A stretch of DNA of 62,914 nt, the filler included, from Reticulomyxa filosa (taxonomy: Eukaryota > Protista > Foraminifera), in NCBI GenBank assembly GCA_000512085.1. It is 26 parts of 26 records of this genome, joined end to end, with 100 filler letters (N's around TTAATTAATTAA, not from the genome) between each part and the next. Parts side by side here need not be neighbours in the genome. Positions count along the whole stretch, not along the records: positions 27,119 to 28,162 come from ASPP01020328.1; positions 28,263 to 30,381 come from ASPP01022778.1; positions 30,482 to 33,026 come from ASPP01019929.1; positions 33,127 to 34,256 come from ASPP01016475.1; positions 34,357 to 37,956 come from ASPP01024184.1; positions 38,057 to 39,773 come from ASPP01021958.1; 20 more parts are not named here. The stretch is one strand, 5' to 3'. Below the pieces are notes generated by a model. It searched no databases. It was not told the origin of the DNA and saw nothing but the letters and a program-made list of their open reading frames with translations. The position numbers were made by a program, and so were the translations under genes. Below, in pieces: positions 27,159 to 38,280 of this stretch (positions are counted from its first letter, which is position 1; each line of letters opens with the position of its first letter).

Positions 27159-27885
27159 TTACTTGTACGACATATTATGGTTTCCAAGTTGCAAAAGATG
27201 GATGTGATAAGCCAAAGCTTTTCTGTCTTCCTTATCAAAAACACCTAGAGTTTGTAGATCTTCTCGATCCAACGAAATCAAATCTTGCCCTTTGAATGGA
27301 AGTGGATGATCTTTGCTCCAGCGTATTTTGATCTCTTCAACCGAAGGAAAATACTTGGCAAAGCGCCTGTCGTCGACACGCACCAAATACGCATACAAAT
27401 CTTCGAGGCACCAACTCTTCCAAAGGATCAAAAATTTTTCCCAGTTTCGGAGTTGCTGTTCAATGATGCGTTTGCGAGCCAACTTGTCGGTCAACTCCTG
27501 CAAGATTTCCTCATACGATCGACCTTGTGCGGTCTCATCTGCAGTGATGCGGTTCCATTGTTCTTCCATTTCATGTGGCGACTTGTGCAGCATCGAAAGA
27601 GGGATGCCTGTGCTCTCTATTCCCGTTGTTGCAGGTATTGAAGTTGACATGATTGCAGGCGTAGGTTTAGGTGTTGTCATTGCCCATTGGCCTTTTGTCC
27701 CATCTGTCGTCCGTTGTCGCTTCTCAGCCACTTTTATTTCCGGTGTCACTTGCCATTGCAATAAAGTATTATTATTATTATTATTATTACTCACTAATGG
27801 CACACTTACAAATGCATTTGCACTAGTCGATCTTCTTTTGCTTTTTGTTTCTCTTGTTTTCGCTTCATCTGCTTCTGATTCAACT

Positions 27886-27961
<76 letters not shown>

Positions 27962-28162
27962 CATTATTATTATTCATCATCTTTGTTGTTTCTTTTTTAA
28001 TTCACTCCCCCCTCGATTTGCTGATGGCACAGGACCTTCTTGCTTCATGCAAGACGTGTCGTCCATTACCACAAAGCGTTGCTGCAATGGCTTCTTTTGC
28101 CGTAACAGAGGCGGGTATTGTTGCTGGTACGAGTGCGGCTGCTCTCCGCAAAAGCGCATGTC
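27159..28162 (-). CDS. Protein with a poly-Asn tract and a C-terminal SAM-like domain (5' truncated)
   Basis: W.SW..EDL..YL..VDD.RFAKY...FKGQDLISLDREDLQTLGVFDKEDRKALAYHIHLL*. Confidence 0.65.
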
Positions 28163-28348
28163 NNNNNNNNNNNNNNNNNNNNNNNNNNNNNNNNNNNNNN
28201 NNNNNNTTAATTAATTAANNNNNNNNNNNNNNNNNNNNNNNNNNNNNNNNNNNNNNNNNNNNAAAAAAAAAAAAAATTGTATACGTATCTTCTTTATGCG
28301 TTGCTAATGACGTCATCTTTGAGTTCAATGCGACACTTCTTTATAGAC

Positions 28349-28976
28349 TTGAAATTGACCAAAACAAGACGTCGCCATATGTGCTGGATCAGGTGTATGG
28401 GACTCGCGAACGAGAAATGACGACCAGCTCATTAATGACGGTGAAGACATTGTTTCCTTCGCATGTGAATGAAGAGGGTATCACGAAAGGCTGCATGATA
28501 CTGTTGAAGTTGAAACGCAATGAGTTGCTGAAAGAGCAGACGGACAATGGGTCAGATCCTGTCATTCGGCTGAAGTGCACTTATGAAAATGCCATTACTG
28601 GCAAAAAAGAGCTGCTGACTGTCTCGGCGGCTATTCCCTCCCCTTCCGCTTCGCAGGTGTCTTTGGATGATGAATGGTTTGAAAGTCCTGGTGTCCGCAA
28701 GGCCATTGCTTTGACTCATTATATCAACTTGGGTCGTGCCATTGTCTCTGGTGTTTCGCTTGATCAAACCACCGGAATTCCCACTTATATTGACCCAAAA
28801 AAAATACTGCTTTGGGAAAGCTCTCTACACCAGGAGAAAAAATAGGGTCGCAATCACAAATAATTGATTCCTTCAAAGATTACTTTTCTCATCAGTGTGA
28901 AATTCTGGGCGATGAATATATGAAAGGAGAACTCAATGTTATAAACAAGTTAATCCCCAAAAATCAAAATAACTGA
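28349..28976 (+). CDS. C-terminal part of a VWA-domain-associated protein; one -1 frame jump at an A8 run (28797-28804)
   Basis: LMTVKTLFPS...TKGCMILLKL, WFESPGVRKAIALTHYINL; the -1 frame continues ..FKDYFSHQCEILGDEYMKGELNVINKL..* to a TGA at 28974-28976. Confidence 0.55.
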
Positions 28977-29531
28977 CAAGTCTACACTAAAATCAATTTT
29001 GAGTGCTTAAAATGTGGTTGGTTTTGAAAAATTTACACTTTGTCAATTTTAAACAATTTGAGGTAGTAATTTCAAATTTAATACTCTTTTTCCTCTTACA
29101 ACTTTAATTGCATGTACCTTTTAAAAACGATTCTCTTCGTTGCTGTATAAACGAAAAAAATCTTTCACATTCTCAGTGCACGAAATCAGGTATAATTTAA
29201 AAAATGTAATTATAGCTTTTTTATGTGATAGTGTATTGTAATAAGGATCACGTAAAAAATAATCTTTAGATCGATATTGTTTTTGCTTTTGTTGTTGAAT
29301 TAGTGTTCATTTTGGGTAAGTTTGATAGACCTTCTATATTCACTTGTAAGAACTAACAAACGTTTATAAACTATCTTCAAGACAGTTTGGATAAAAAGAA
29401 AGAAAGAGAAAAATCAAAAAGAAAAACTTTTGACCAGATAGCACAAATTAGTACGTGGCACAAACTTTTTAAGAGTAGCAGAAAGGAAACTAAACTATTC
29501 CAAAACTATAATTCCTATTAGTTCTTTGCAA

Positions 29532-30011
29532 ATGTCTTTGCTCAAAGTGAATAATGAAGACGATAATATCACCAGGAGCGACGAAAGAACAAGCGTGTTG
29601 CTCAATCAACGCCCGTGGACGATGTTTTGCTGTCACGTTGGCGTAGTGTTACTAACTAGGGCAATTAAATATGAGCAATAGCTTAGAATATGTTAAACAT
29701 GGCCTTTACAAACAATGCTTCAATCAATACTTACAATCCACAAGATCAAATAATTTTGTTTTGGAAATTACCTACGTTTGATTAATCGGCCTAATGACAA
29801 CAACTGGCATTATGATGGATTGATTTTTGTGTGGAGTGGACGTGGAAGGCTTGAGATACATGATCACACTTTGACCACAAGTGATAGCAAAATAAAAAAG
29901 TTAAAAGATAGTCAAAGTCAAAACAGATTATTTTTAGGAAAGTTATTTTACAAGGATATTTTGTTACTCATCATGACGAACTTGTCTACGAACATAAAAT
30001 GTAGTATGTAA
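29532..30011 (+). pseudogene. Decayed caspase-like (peptidase C14) domain
   Basis: YDGLIFVWSGRG (29811-29846; expected G-H-G catalytic His reads CGT/Arg) followed by TLTTSDSK; upstream frameshifted ..AIKYEQ.. Confidence 0.5.
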
Positions 30012-30292
30012 GTAATTAAACGTAATGAAAAGCATTAAAAATCGGATTGAAAATTTTTGACAGCAATAATACTTGCATTATTTATCCTAACAATAGTAAT
30101 GTAGAATATGGTAAAGCGATTCTTGCAATGAAAAGATATTGTCGTGATTTAGGATGCATTTATGGAAAAAAAAAGACTATACAAAACCAGCATTTAAAAT
30201 GAAAACTATTTTAATGGATTTATCTTTGCTGTAAGATATAAAAAAAAAGTGTTAATGCAGTTCACAAAAACAGCGTAGTGAGATAACAGAGT

Positions 30293-30310
30293 ACTTTATT
30301 AACAGATGTT
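30293..30310 (+). promoter_or_regulatory. Candidate snRNA proximal sequence element upstream of U2 (ACTTTATTAACAGATGTT, -59 to -42)
   Basis: 17/18 identical to the motif at a similar position upstream of the second U2 copy. Confidence 0.6.
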
Positions 30311-30351
30311 ATTGCATCGATGTTTAAATAAGAATATTTTTTATTTTCTTC

Positions 30352-30381
30352 ATACCTTCTCGGCCTTTTGGCTAAGATCAA
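30352..30381 (+). ncRNA. U2: U2 snRNA, 5' end (truncated by contig end)
   Basis: ATACCTTCTCGGCCTTTTGGCTAAGATCAA is the canonical U2 5' sequence with stem I. Confidence 0.9.
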
Positions 30382-30556
30382 NNNNNNNNNNNNNNNNNNN
30401 NNNNNNNNNNNNNNNNNNNNNNNNNTTAATTAATTAANNNNNNNNNNNNNNNNNNNNNNNNNNNNNNNNNNNNNNNNNNNNACATACATAAATTATATAC
30501 ATATATTTTTTTTTTTTTAAAAAAAAAAAAAAAACTTCAACAAATGACGTGGCCAG

Positions 30557-31957
30557 GCGTTATCGCGAGGAGCGGATTTCCGATTCCTTGGCCCTTGGAA
30601 AACACAGCTGATATCAACGAAGCCAGTGATTGCGGTGGTGGCGAGTCGAACGGGATGTGGCAAGTCACAAACGTCCCGTCAAATAGTAAAGCGCCAAGCG
30701 GAAAAAGGAAAAAAAGTGGTGGCCATTCGTCACCCCATGCCATATGGAGATCTCTCAAAACAAATTTGGCAACGCTTTGCAAAATATGAAGGTTACTGAA
30801 TAACAAAACAAATAAATAAATAAATAAATAAATATATATATATTTATTTATTTATTTATTTGCTTTGTTGATCTGTGTAAATAAGATACAATGTTAAATA
30901 AATTTTTTTTTTTTTAAATATATATACATATATGCATATATGTCTGAACACTACAAACAAACAAATAAAACCAAAAAAAAAAAAAAAAAAAAAAGAGTTT
31001 GGAACGACATGACTGTACGATTGAAGAACGCGAAGAGTATGAGCCATACATTGACATGGGAGCAGTGGTGTATGCCGGTGTAGATTACAGAGAGATATTG
31101 AACCGAGCGGAAAAGGAGGCAGATGTGATATTGTGGGATGGTGGTAACAATGACATGGCGTTTATCAAACCGACGGTCCAAGTATGTGTGGTTGACCCCC
31201 ATCGTGCCGGACACGAGAAGATGTTCCATCCCGGCGAAGTCAATGTCCGAAATAGTGAGATCATTTTGATCAACAAGATCGACACTGCTTCAATGGAACA
31301 GATTTGGGAGTGTCGCGAAAATTGTCGCGCGTTGAATCCGAAAGCCATTTTATGCGAAAGCGCGTCTCCTATTTTTGTGGAGAATCCTGAATTAGTTACG
31401 AATAAGCGAGTTTTGGTGGTTGAGGATGGCCCCACTTTGACACATGGAGGAATGAAAGTTGGCGCTGGCTTTGTGGCTGCAAGAAGATTACATTGCAAAG
31501 AAATTATTGATCCGAGGCCGTTTGCTGTCGGATCCATTGCCGAAACGTATGCCAAATACCCTCATACCACTGAAGTCTTGCCTGCCATGGGTTACGGACA
31601 TGATCAAATACGTGACTTAGAAGACACGATCAATCGCTGCAATGCTGATGTGGTCGTCAGTGGCACTCCTATCGACTTGGGAAGGATCATCAAAGTTTTG
31701 TGTAATGTGCATATATGTGTGAGAAGAATGTCGAGCATTGAACATTGTTCCAAAAAATATGGACATAATTGTCTCTCTCTCTTTCTCTCTCTCTCTCTTG
31801 GAAAGAAGATTTAAAAATTTGATTAGTAAACATTTGCTGTTGCTGTGTTGTTGCATAGGTGAACAAACCTGTTGTCAGAGCCCGTTATGAACTACAATCA
31901 ATCGGACAACCTGATTTGCATGAATCCATTGATACTCTGTTGGCCAAAAAACATTAA
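30557..31957 (+). CDS. COG2403-family P-loop NTPase (cyclic 2,3-diphosphoglycerate synthetase-like / predicted GTPase), 5' truncated; exons ~30557-30791, ~30997-31694, 31859-31957
   Basis: KPVIAVVASRTGCGKSQTSR, KKVVAIRHPMPYGDL, CTIEEREEYEP, VYAGVDY, ILWDGGNND, VLVVEDGPTLTHGGM, LPAMGY, GTPIDL; split by AT-rich GT-AG introns. Confidence 0.88.
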
Positions 31958-32538
31958 ATTTTAATACAATCAAAGATTTAAACGCGGACAAAAAAAAAAA
32001 TCATAAATAATCCAATGTACTGTGTTTTTTTTTCTCTTCCAGTTTTGGAATCTTTTTGTTTTGTTTTTGTTTCTAGAAGCTGGTTGCTACACTTTTTTTT
32101 TTTGTTGGTTCTCCTTACGCACATTTTTAAGATAAGATTCTTGACCAGTAAAAAAAAAACACACTTGGTCACTGTTAATATGCGCGTATCTCTAATGTCC
32201 CCTGGCCAAAATAAAAAAATGAACGTGGTTATTTTCAATAAGGGGGTTTGTCCCAACGTGAAAAATAACAGTATAATGCAGAGGGGGAAGAAAAAAAAAT
32301 GGGACATACGCTTTGGTGACAGCTTCGTTAATGCATAGATGTTAACTGCCACAGGGTACAATCCAAGGGGAGGAAGTACAAAGAACAGCAATTGAAAATT
32401 TTTGTGCTTCTGGCAAGTTAAAGCACCAAATAAAAATTGTAAATGCACACAAACTAATGCACAAAGTGAGAAAACTGCGTTTTTCCCCGCTCCCTCGAGG
32501 GAATGTAATAAAGACAACACATACATTTCAATCCTGCA

Positions 32539-33026
32539 ATGTTTTTCTCCTATTTTGGGCACATTCTTGTTTGTTGCTTATTATTCGTGAGTTCAAATGC
32601 CGACTCTTGTGGCTGCGTCGTGGCCGCAGGTAAATGTTTGTTGAGTCGTGCAGACAAAAAAAACAACCAAAAATTCAGCAATGACAAATTTTTTTTTTTT
32701 TTTTTTAAAAAAAAAAAGATGAGGGTGGCAATATTTACACAATTGACATCCCAACCGGAACAATGCATGTATTGTACCACGCGAACATTAGCATCACAAA
32801 CTTGGGCCGACATCCATATTCCAAAACTCTATTTACAATAAACAACAACAGTATCTACTCGATTGAAATATGTCACTCCTTCAATCCAAAGCGACTAAAC
32901 TCAACAACCGTTGACAACGTAACCGCCATTGCTTATGACAACCTTACAAGTGGAATATTTGCATTTTCTTCCAATGAAAGGGTTTACAATGGTAATTGTG
33001 TATACGTGTTTGCATTACCTCCCCCC
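32539..33026 (+). CDS. Putative secreted protein, first two exons (unknown function)
   Basis: Signal-peptide-like MFFSYFGHILVCCLLFVSSNA, then a GTAAAT donor at ~32630 and an AG acceptor at ~32719. Confidence 0.4.
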
Positions 33027-33126
33027 NNNNNNNNNNNNNNNNNNNNNNNNNNNNNNNNNNNNNNNNNNNNTTAATTAATTAANNNNNNNNNNNNNNNNNN
33101 NNNNNNNNNNNNNNNNNNNNNNNNNN

Positions 33127-34256
33127 CTCGGTTCGTCGGTGACGATGCAGAGCTTGGCCACGCCCTCGGCGGTGACACTCTGCATGATCTGCATCACGCT
33201 GTGCCCTTCCGGCCGCTCACCGACCTGCTGGCCGCCGGTCATCGCGACCGCGTCGTTGTAGAGGATCTTGTAGGTGATGTTGACGCCCGAGGCGATGCTC
33301 TGGCGGATCGCCAGCAGGCCCGAGTGGAAGTAGGTGCCGTCGCCGAGGTTGGCGAAGATGTGCTGTTCGGTCGTGAAGGGCTGCTGGCCGACCCAGGGCA
33401 CGCCCTCGCCGCCCATCTGGGTGAAGGTGGCGGTGTTGCGGCCCGGCATCCAGCTGACCATGTAGTGGCAGCCGATGCCGGCCACAGCTCTGGAACCCTC
33501 CGGCACGCGCGTCGAGGTGTTATGCGGGCAGCCGCTGCAGAACCAGGGCGTGCGGTCGGCGCCGGCGGCGGTCTTCTCCTCCGCCTTGAGCGCGTTTTCC
33601 TTGGCGTCGATGATGGCGACGCGCGCGTCCAGGCGCGCCTGCACATCAGCATCCACGCCCAGCTTCTTCAGGCGCTTGGCGATGGCGCGGGCGATGATGG
33701 CCGGGGTCAGGTCGGCTTGCGGGCGCAGCAGCCAGTTCTTGCTGGGATTCGGCTGGCTCCACTCGCCGCCGCTCATATCGCCCTCGATCTCGTCGAACTT
33801 GCCCAGCACGTTCGGTCGCACATCGGGGCGCCAGTTGTACAGCTCTTCCTTGAGCTGGTACTCGATCATCTGGCGCTTCTCCTCGACCACCAGGATCTCC
33901 TGCAGGCCTTCGGCGAAGTCGCGCGTGATCTGGGCCTCCAGCGGCCAGACCACGTTGACCTTGTGCAGCCGGATGCCCAGGCGCCGGCAGGTGTCGTCGT
34001 CCAGCCCCAGGTCGTGCAGGGCCTGGCGGGTGTCGTTCCAGGCCTTGCCGCTGGCAATGATGCCGAAGCGGTCGCTCTTCGTGCTGACGACGTTGTAGTT
34101 CAGCTTGTTGGCGCGGATATAGGCCAGGGCTGCGTACCACTTGTAATCCATCAGCCGCGCTTCTTGCTCCAGCGGCGCGTCCGGCCACCGGATGTGCAGG
34201 CCGCCCTCGGGCATCTGGAAGTCCTCGGGCAGGATGATGTTGACGCGGTCCGGGTC
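33127..34256 (-). CDS. Bacterial indolepyruvate:ferredoxin oxidoreductase family protein (fused alpha/beta type), internal fragment; contaminant or associated bacterium
   Basis: GGLHIRWPD, ILVVEEKR, RTPWFCSGCPHNTST, GIGCH, TQMGGEG, NLGDGTYFHSG, YKILYNDAVAMTGGQ (TPP-binding); very high GC, G/C-ending codons, no introns. Confidence 0.93.
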
Positions 34257-34463
34257 NNNNNNNNNNNNNNNNNNNNNNNNNNNNNNNNNNNNNNNNNNNN
34301 TTAATTAATTAANNNNNNNNNNNNNNNNNNNNNNNNNNNNNNNNNNNNNNNNNNNNATTATTTCATTGCGTATATTGGCGAAGTACAACATGTTAAACAT
34401 ATGAATTTTTTTTTTTTTTCTAAAGTTGCTTCAATTAAACAAAGAAAAGGAGAAGATATAAAT

Positions 34464-34499
<36 letters not shown>

Positions 34500-34504
<5 letters not shown>

Positions 34505-34931
34505 ATGCAGCTATAAAAACAAATTGCGGACGTTGAATCAAAAGTTGAAGGAACAATCACGACTGATTCGCAAATTGAAATTCCACAACCATGTGCAAAT
34601 GGCAAGCATTGGTCCATTTTCGGGCATCGGTGTGAATCCGTTTTTATATTACCCCGAAATGGCAACAAATATGGACTCCTCATTGATCAATGGCAATAAA
34701 GCGCACATGAAATCCGAGGACCCCAGTGCAACGCATAGCAATAGTGTTCACCATCGCAACTGGCAAATCGATACGTCTTTTTTGCATGACCACTTGGATC
34801 AGGATCCCAACGACACCGACCACTCGTACAAAACACAGTTCCAAAAAGAGCGGAAAAAACGAAAAGAAAAAGAACAAATCATTGCGCAATTGCAAAGCCA
34901 ATTGACACAACAAACACAAGTTATAACTTCG

Positions 34932-34972
<41 letters not shown>

Positions 34973-37895
34973 TGGCAAAGCAATTATACGTAATGTGGTA
35001 TGTATAGCAAAAAAAAAAAAAAAAAAAATGATAAAACAAACAGCAAATCGAAAAGATGCAAATCGAACAAAAACAAATGGCGACTCACATGCTACCCCAA
35101 TACAGTAATGTGATTGAAGAAAACCAGGCCTGGCAACAATCGTATCAACAGCTGCAAGCCAAGCTTGACAAGTTGCGAGAACAAGTACATGCGTTTATCG
35201 AAAAGTATCCTCAGTTCGAAGAGGACCTTTCTGTAAGTGACTCACAGACACGCTCGCACTTGCAGTCACAGTCACAGCCGCAGCTACAGTTGCACTCGCT
35301 GTCTATCGGACGTGTAGTCAACACCCCTGCGTTGGCCACGCCCCATCATGTGTCTGGCCTCACCGAGTTCGCACAGACTACCGCTGCAAGCAGTGGGGTC
35401 ATTACAGACAAACCGACATCGATTGAGGAATGCTGGAACGTCATTGATCATTTGAAAAGCGAAATCAAAAAGTTTAAAAAAAACGACAAAAAGGATCTGA
35501 ACGACATTATCATGAGCTTGCTGCAGGAAAGCCAGGTCAAGTTGCAAGACGAAGCGCAAAGGTTACAAGACAGCTCGCAGTCCATCAAACGAACCATTGA
35601 CGAATTGCAACATGCTATTGTTGAGTGTAGTTTTTTGTAGATTTATGAGAATGAATATATATATATATATATATATGATGTGTGCACAGGACGAGTTACC
35701 AGAAAATATACGAACCCTCGTGCCATTGTCGAAATCAAGTGAATCGGGTTCAAACGAAATGAACTCGAAAACTCATACAAAGCCCCTGATTCGAAGTTTG
35801 TTTAAATGGGGCAAAAGCAAAAGCAGCAGCAAAAGCATGGACCACGATGAAACGGAAGAAAAGAAAACGGACCCCATATTGCTTGTTTGATTTTCTACTT
35901 TTGTCACGTACACACACACACACAACTCACTTTTTTTTTTTATGTGTGTGTATGGGTAAAAGTAACACATTTGATTGTGTATCACACATCATCAAGAGGG
36001 CAATGTACGACTATCCATTGATCAAAAAGAACCAAGATTTACAATCTGAAAATGACGAGTTGCTCCAGCTTCTCCATTCACTGGAGCAACAGCGACAAGC
36101 CTTGCAAACTGCAATTGTAATTTTGTTTTGTAGATAAGAGACCAATAACGAAACATACATACACACGCAAAAAAAATAAAAAATAAAAAAAAAAATTACA
36201 TGTGTGCATTACGTTAAGACCTCATCGGTGCAAAAACTAAAAGAAGCTGCCGAAATGGCGCAAAATGACACCGAAGAAGTATGATTCCTCGTCGTTTTAT
36301 TTGTTTATTGTTAATTTAAAGAAAACATACACACACACGCATACAAAATTGATGAGACAATTGTTTGTATGCGTGTGTGTGTGTGTGTGTGTGATGTTGT
36401 TTCACTGTGTTCTGTGTTGGAACAAATGAATGGCAACGACGACCAATTGGAAATAAAGAAGCAAATGATCGAGGAACTGGACGAAAAGGTGAGGGTAGGT
36501 TTCGACTTGCACATGATGACAATGAAGAAGAAAAGTGGAAAGAATAAGCTCGAAAACAGCATTGACCAAGCCATATCAATGGTATGTCATCTGTTTTGGA
36601 AGAGGAGAGGAGGAGGAGAGGAAAAAGAAAATAAACGATTATACAAAAAAAAAAAAAAAATATATATATGTATATGTATATGCATATATATTATATATTT
36701 ATATATGTATGTAAATAGTATAAAATGTTGCAAGAGAATAAAAAAGCACGGAACGACAGTGGAGGAAATATGAACAAAGTGGAAAAGAAAGAAGACAATG
36801 GAATGACGACGACCGGGACAACAACGAGCGAGAGCGAAGAGCTGGTGACGCGAGTGACAAACTTAGCCGAACGATGCTGAGGTTTTTGGAAGACAACAAC
36901 ATATTGGAAGATTTGAGTTTGATGGGCACCATTCATGGGGAAGAGAGAACGGTGGATTTGTCGGAAAGAAATTGGAAAGAGACCTCACATATCAGTCGTG
37001 TCGAATATGGATTTGAAATCTTTCAACACTTTGCGGCTTGGTCAAACAAAACATTCAGCAAATCGTCAAGTCGTCCTTGGCTTTGGAAAGCGATGCACTG
37101 TTCGATCCATTCGAAATGCTATGCAAATTGGTTGCGTCCGCGCAGTCGTCTTTGCACACGCGACTCAAGTTCGAACGGTATTTAAAAAAGTGTCGTCTGA
37201 TACCCGAGACCTTGAATAAATACTTGGATGTGACGGCCAACCTCAGTCCAATGGTGCCCGACGAAGACCACGAGGAGGACCATCAACAAAAACAGCATCA
37301 AAAGCAAAGTGACGACATCCATCACAAAGAATTGCTTCAAAGAGAACAAATTGCATCCAATCTGGGATTTCCAAACTTGGGATATTTGAGTCGGCTTACG
37401 TTGCTGTGGAACAGTTGCTTCGATGCTATCCAACAAAAATCGGTCATTGTCAAAATTTTGGGACAATTGCAACGACAATTTGTTCAAAATGTGGTTATGT
37501 ATATCTTATTTCCATGACATATACATATATGTACATATTTTTTTTTTTATACAACACATACATTACTTATATATAATACGCAGTTTGGGGTCTCTGACAA
37601 AGATGATGATGAATTGGCGTCCGTGGTCGATATCTATTCGTATTTGGAGGACAATGTCAAGTTCCTCAAAAACAGTAGCGACATGCTGAAGAGACCCAAC
37701 GACGAGCTGGAGCAAACGTATGGACTGATCAGCGACTATTTTATGTATTCTCCAAAAAGCGTCTTGCCGTCGACCGCGCCCAAATCGAAGGTGTACAAAA
37801 CCATTATCCAAATGTGGTCAGGCGAAATACAAGGTCGACTCACTGTCGAAGATCAAAACGATCTCGAGAACATTGCAAAATTCTTTCCTCTTCTT
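34500..37895 (+). CDS. Large multi-exon coiled-coil protein, unknown function (partial)
   Basis: Series of coding-like blocks bounded by GT/AG and separated by (TA)n, (CA)n and poly-A/T introns; Q/E/K-rich heptad-like sequence. Confidence 0.55.
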
Positions 37896-38056
37896 GTTAT
37901 TATCATATATACATATATATGTATACATATATATGCATATATATATATATATATATNNNNNNNNNNNNNNNNNNNNNNNNNNNNNNNNNNNNNNNNNNNN
38001 TTAATTAATTAANNNNNNNNNNNNNNNNNNNNNNNNNNNNNNNNNNNNNNNNNNNN

Positions 38057-38280
38057 ATCTCCAAGTCACGTAAATACTTTTTTAAAAAAATTATGCTTGT
38101 GTCATTCGTAGTCTTTGAGAAAAATCATATTCTTTTATTCCAGTTTATTCACTTTGTATGCCGAACGATTAAAATTTTACTACTTATGCAATAAACTGTA
38201 ATAAAAGAATATGATTTTTCTCAAAGCTACGAATGATACAAAGCTAATCTTTTTTTAAAAGTATCTTCGTACTTGAAGAT
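38057..38280. mobile_element. MITE/foldback-like element with ~95-bp imperfect terminal inverted repeats
   Basis: atctccaagt..cattcgtag.ctttgagaaaaatcatattcttttatt mirrors aataaaagaatatgatttttctcaaagctacgaatg..acttgaagat; ~40-bp spacer. Confidence 0.55.

Noticed and set aside
25658-27980. (AAT)n, (TCA)n and GAC GTG/ATG repeats
   Set aside because: Ordinary coding microsatellites (poly-Asn/Ser, MD/VD runs) common in AT-rich protist genes
30482-34256. Apparent prokaryotic island (COG2403 gene next to IOR gene)
   Set aside because: Separate contigs split by a linker, with very different GC and intron status; adjacency is arbitrary
33201-34256. Antisense and alternate-frame ORFs (367, 207, 180, 137 aa)
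   Set aside because: Shadow ORFs typical of high-GC coding DNA
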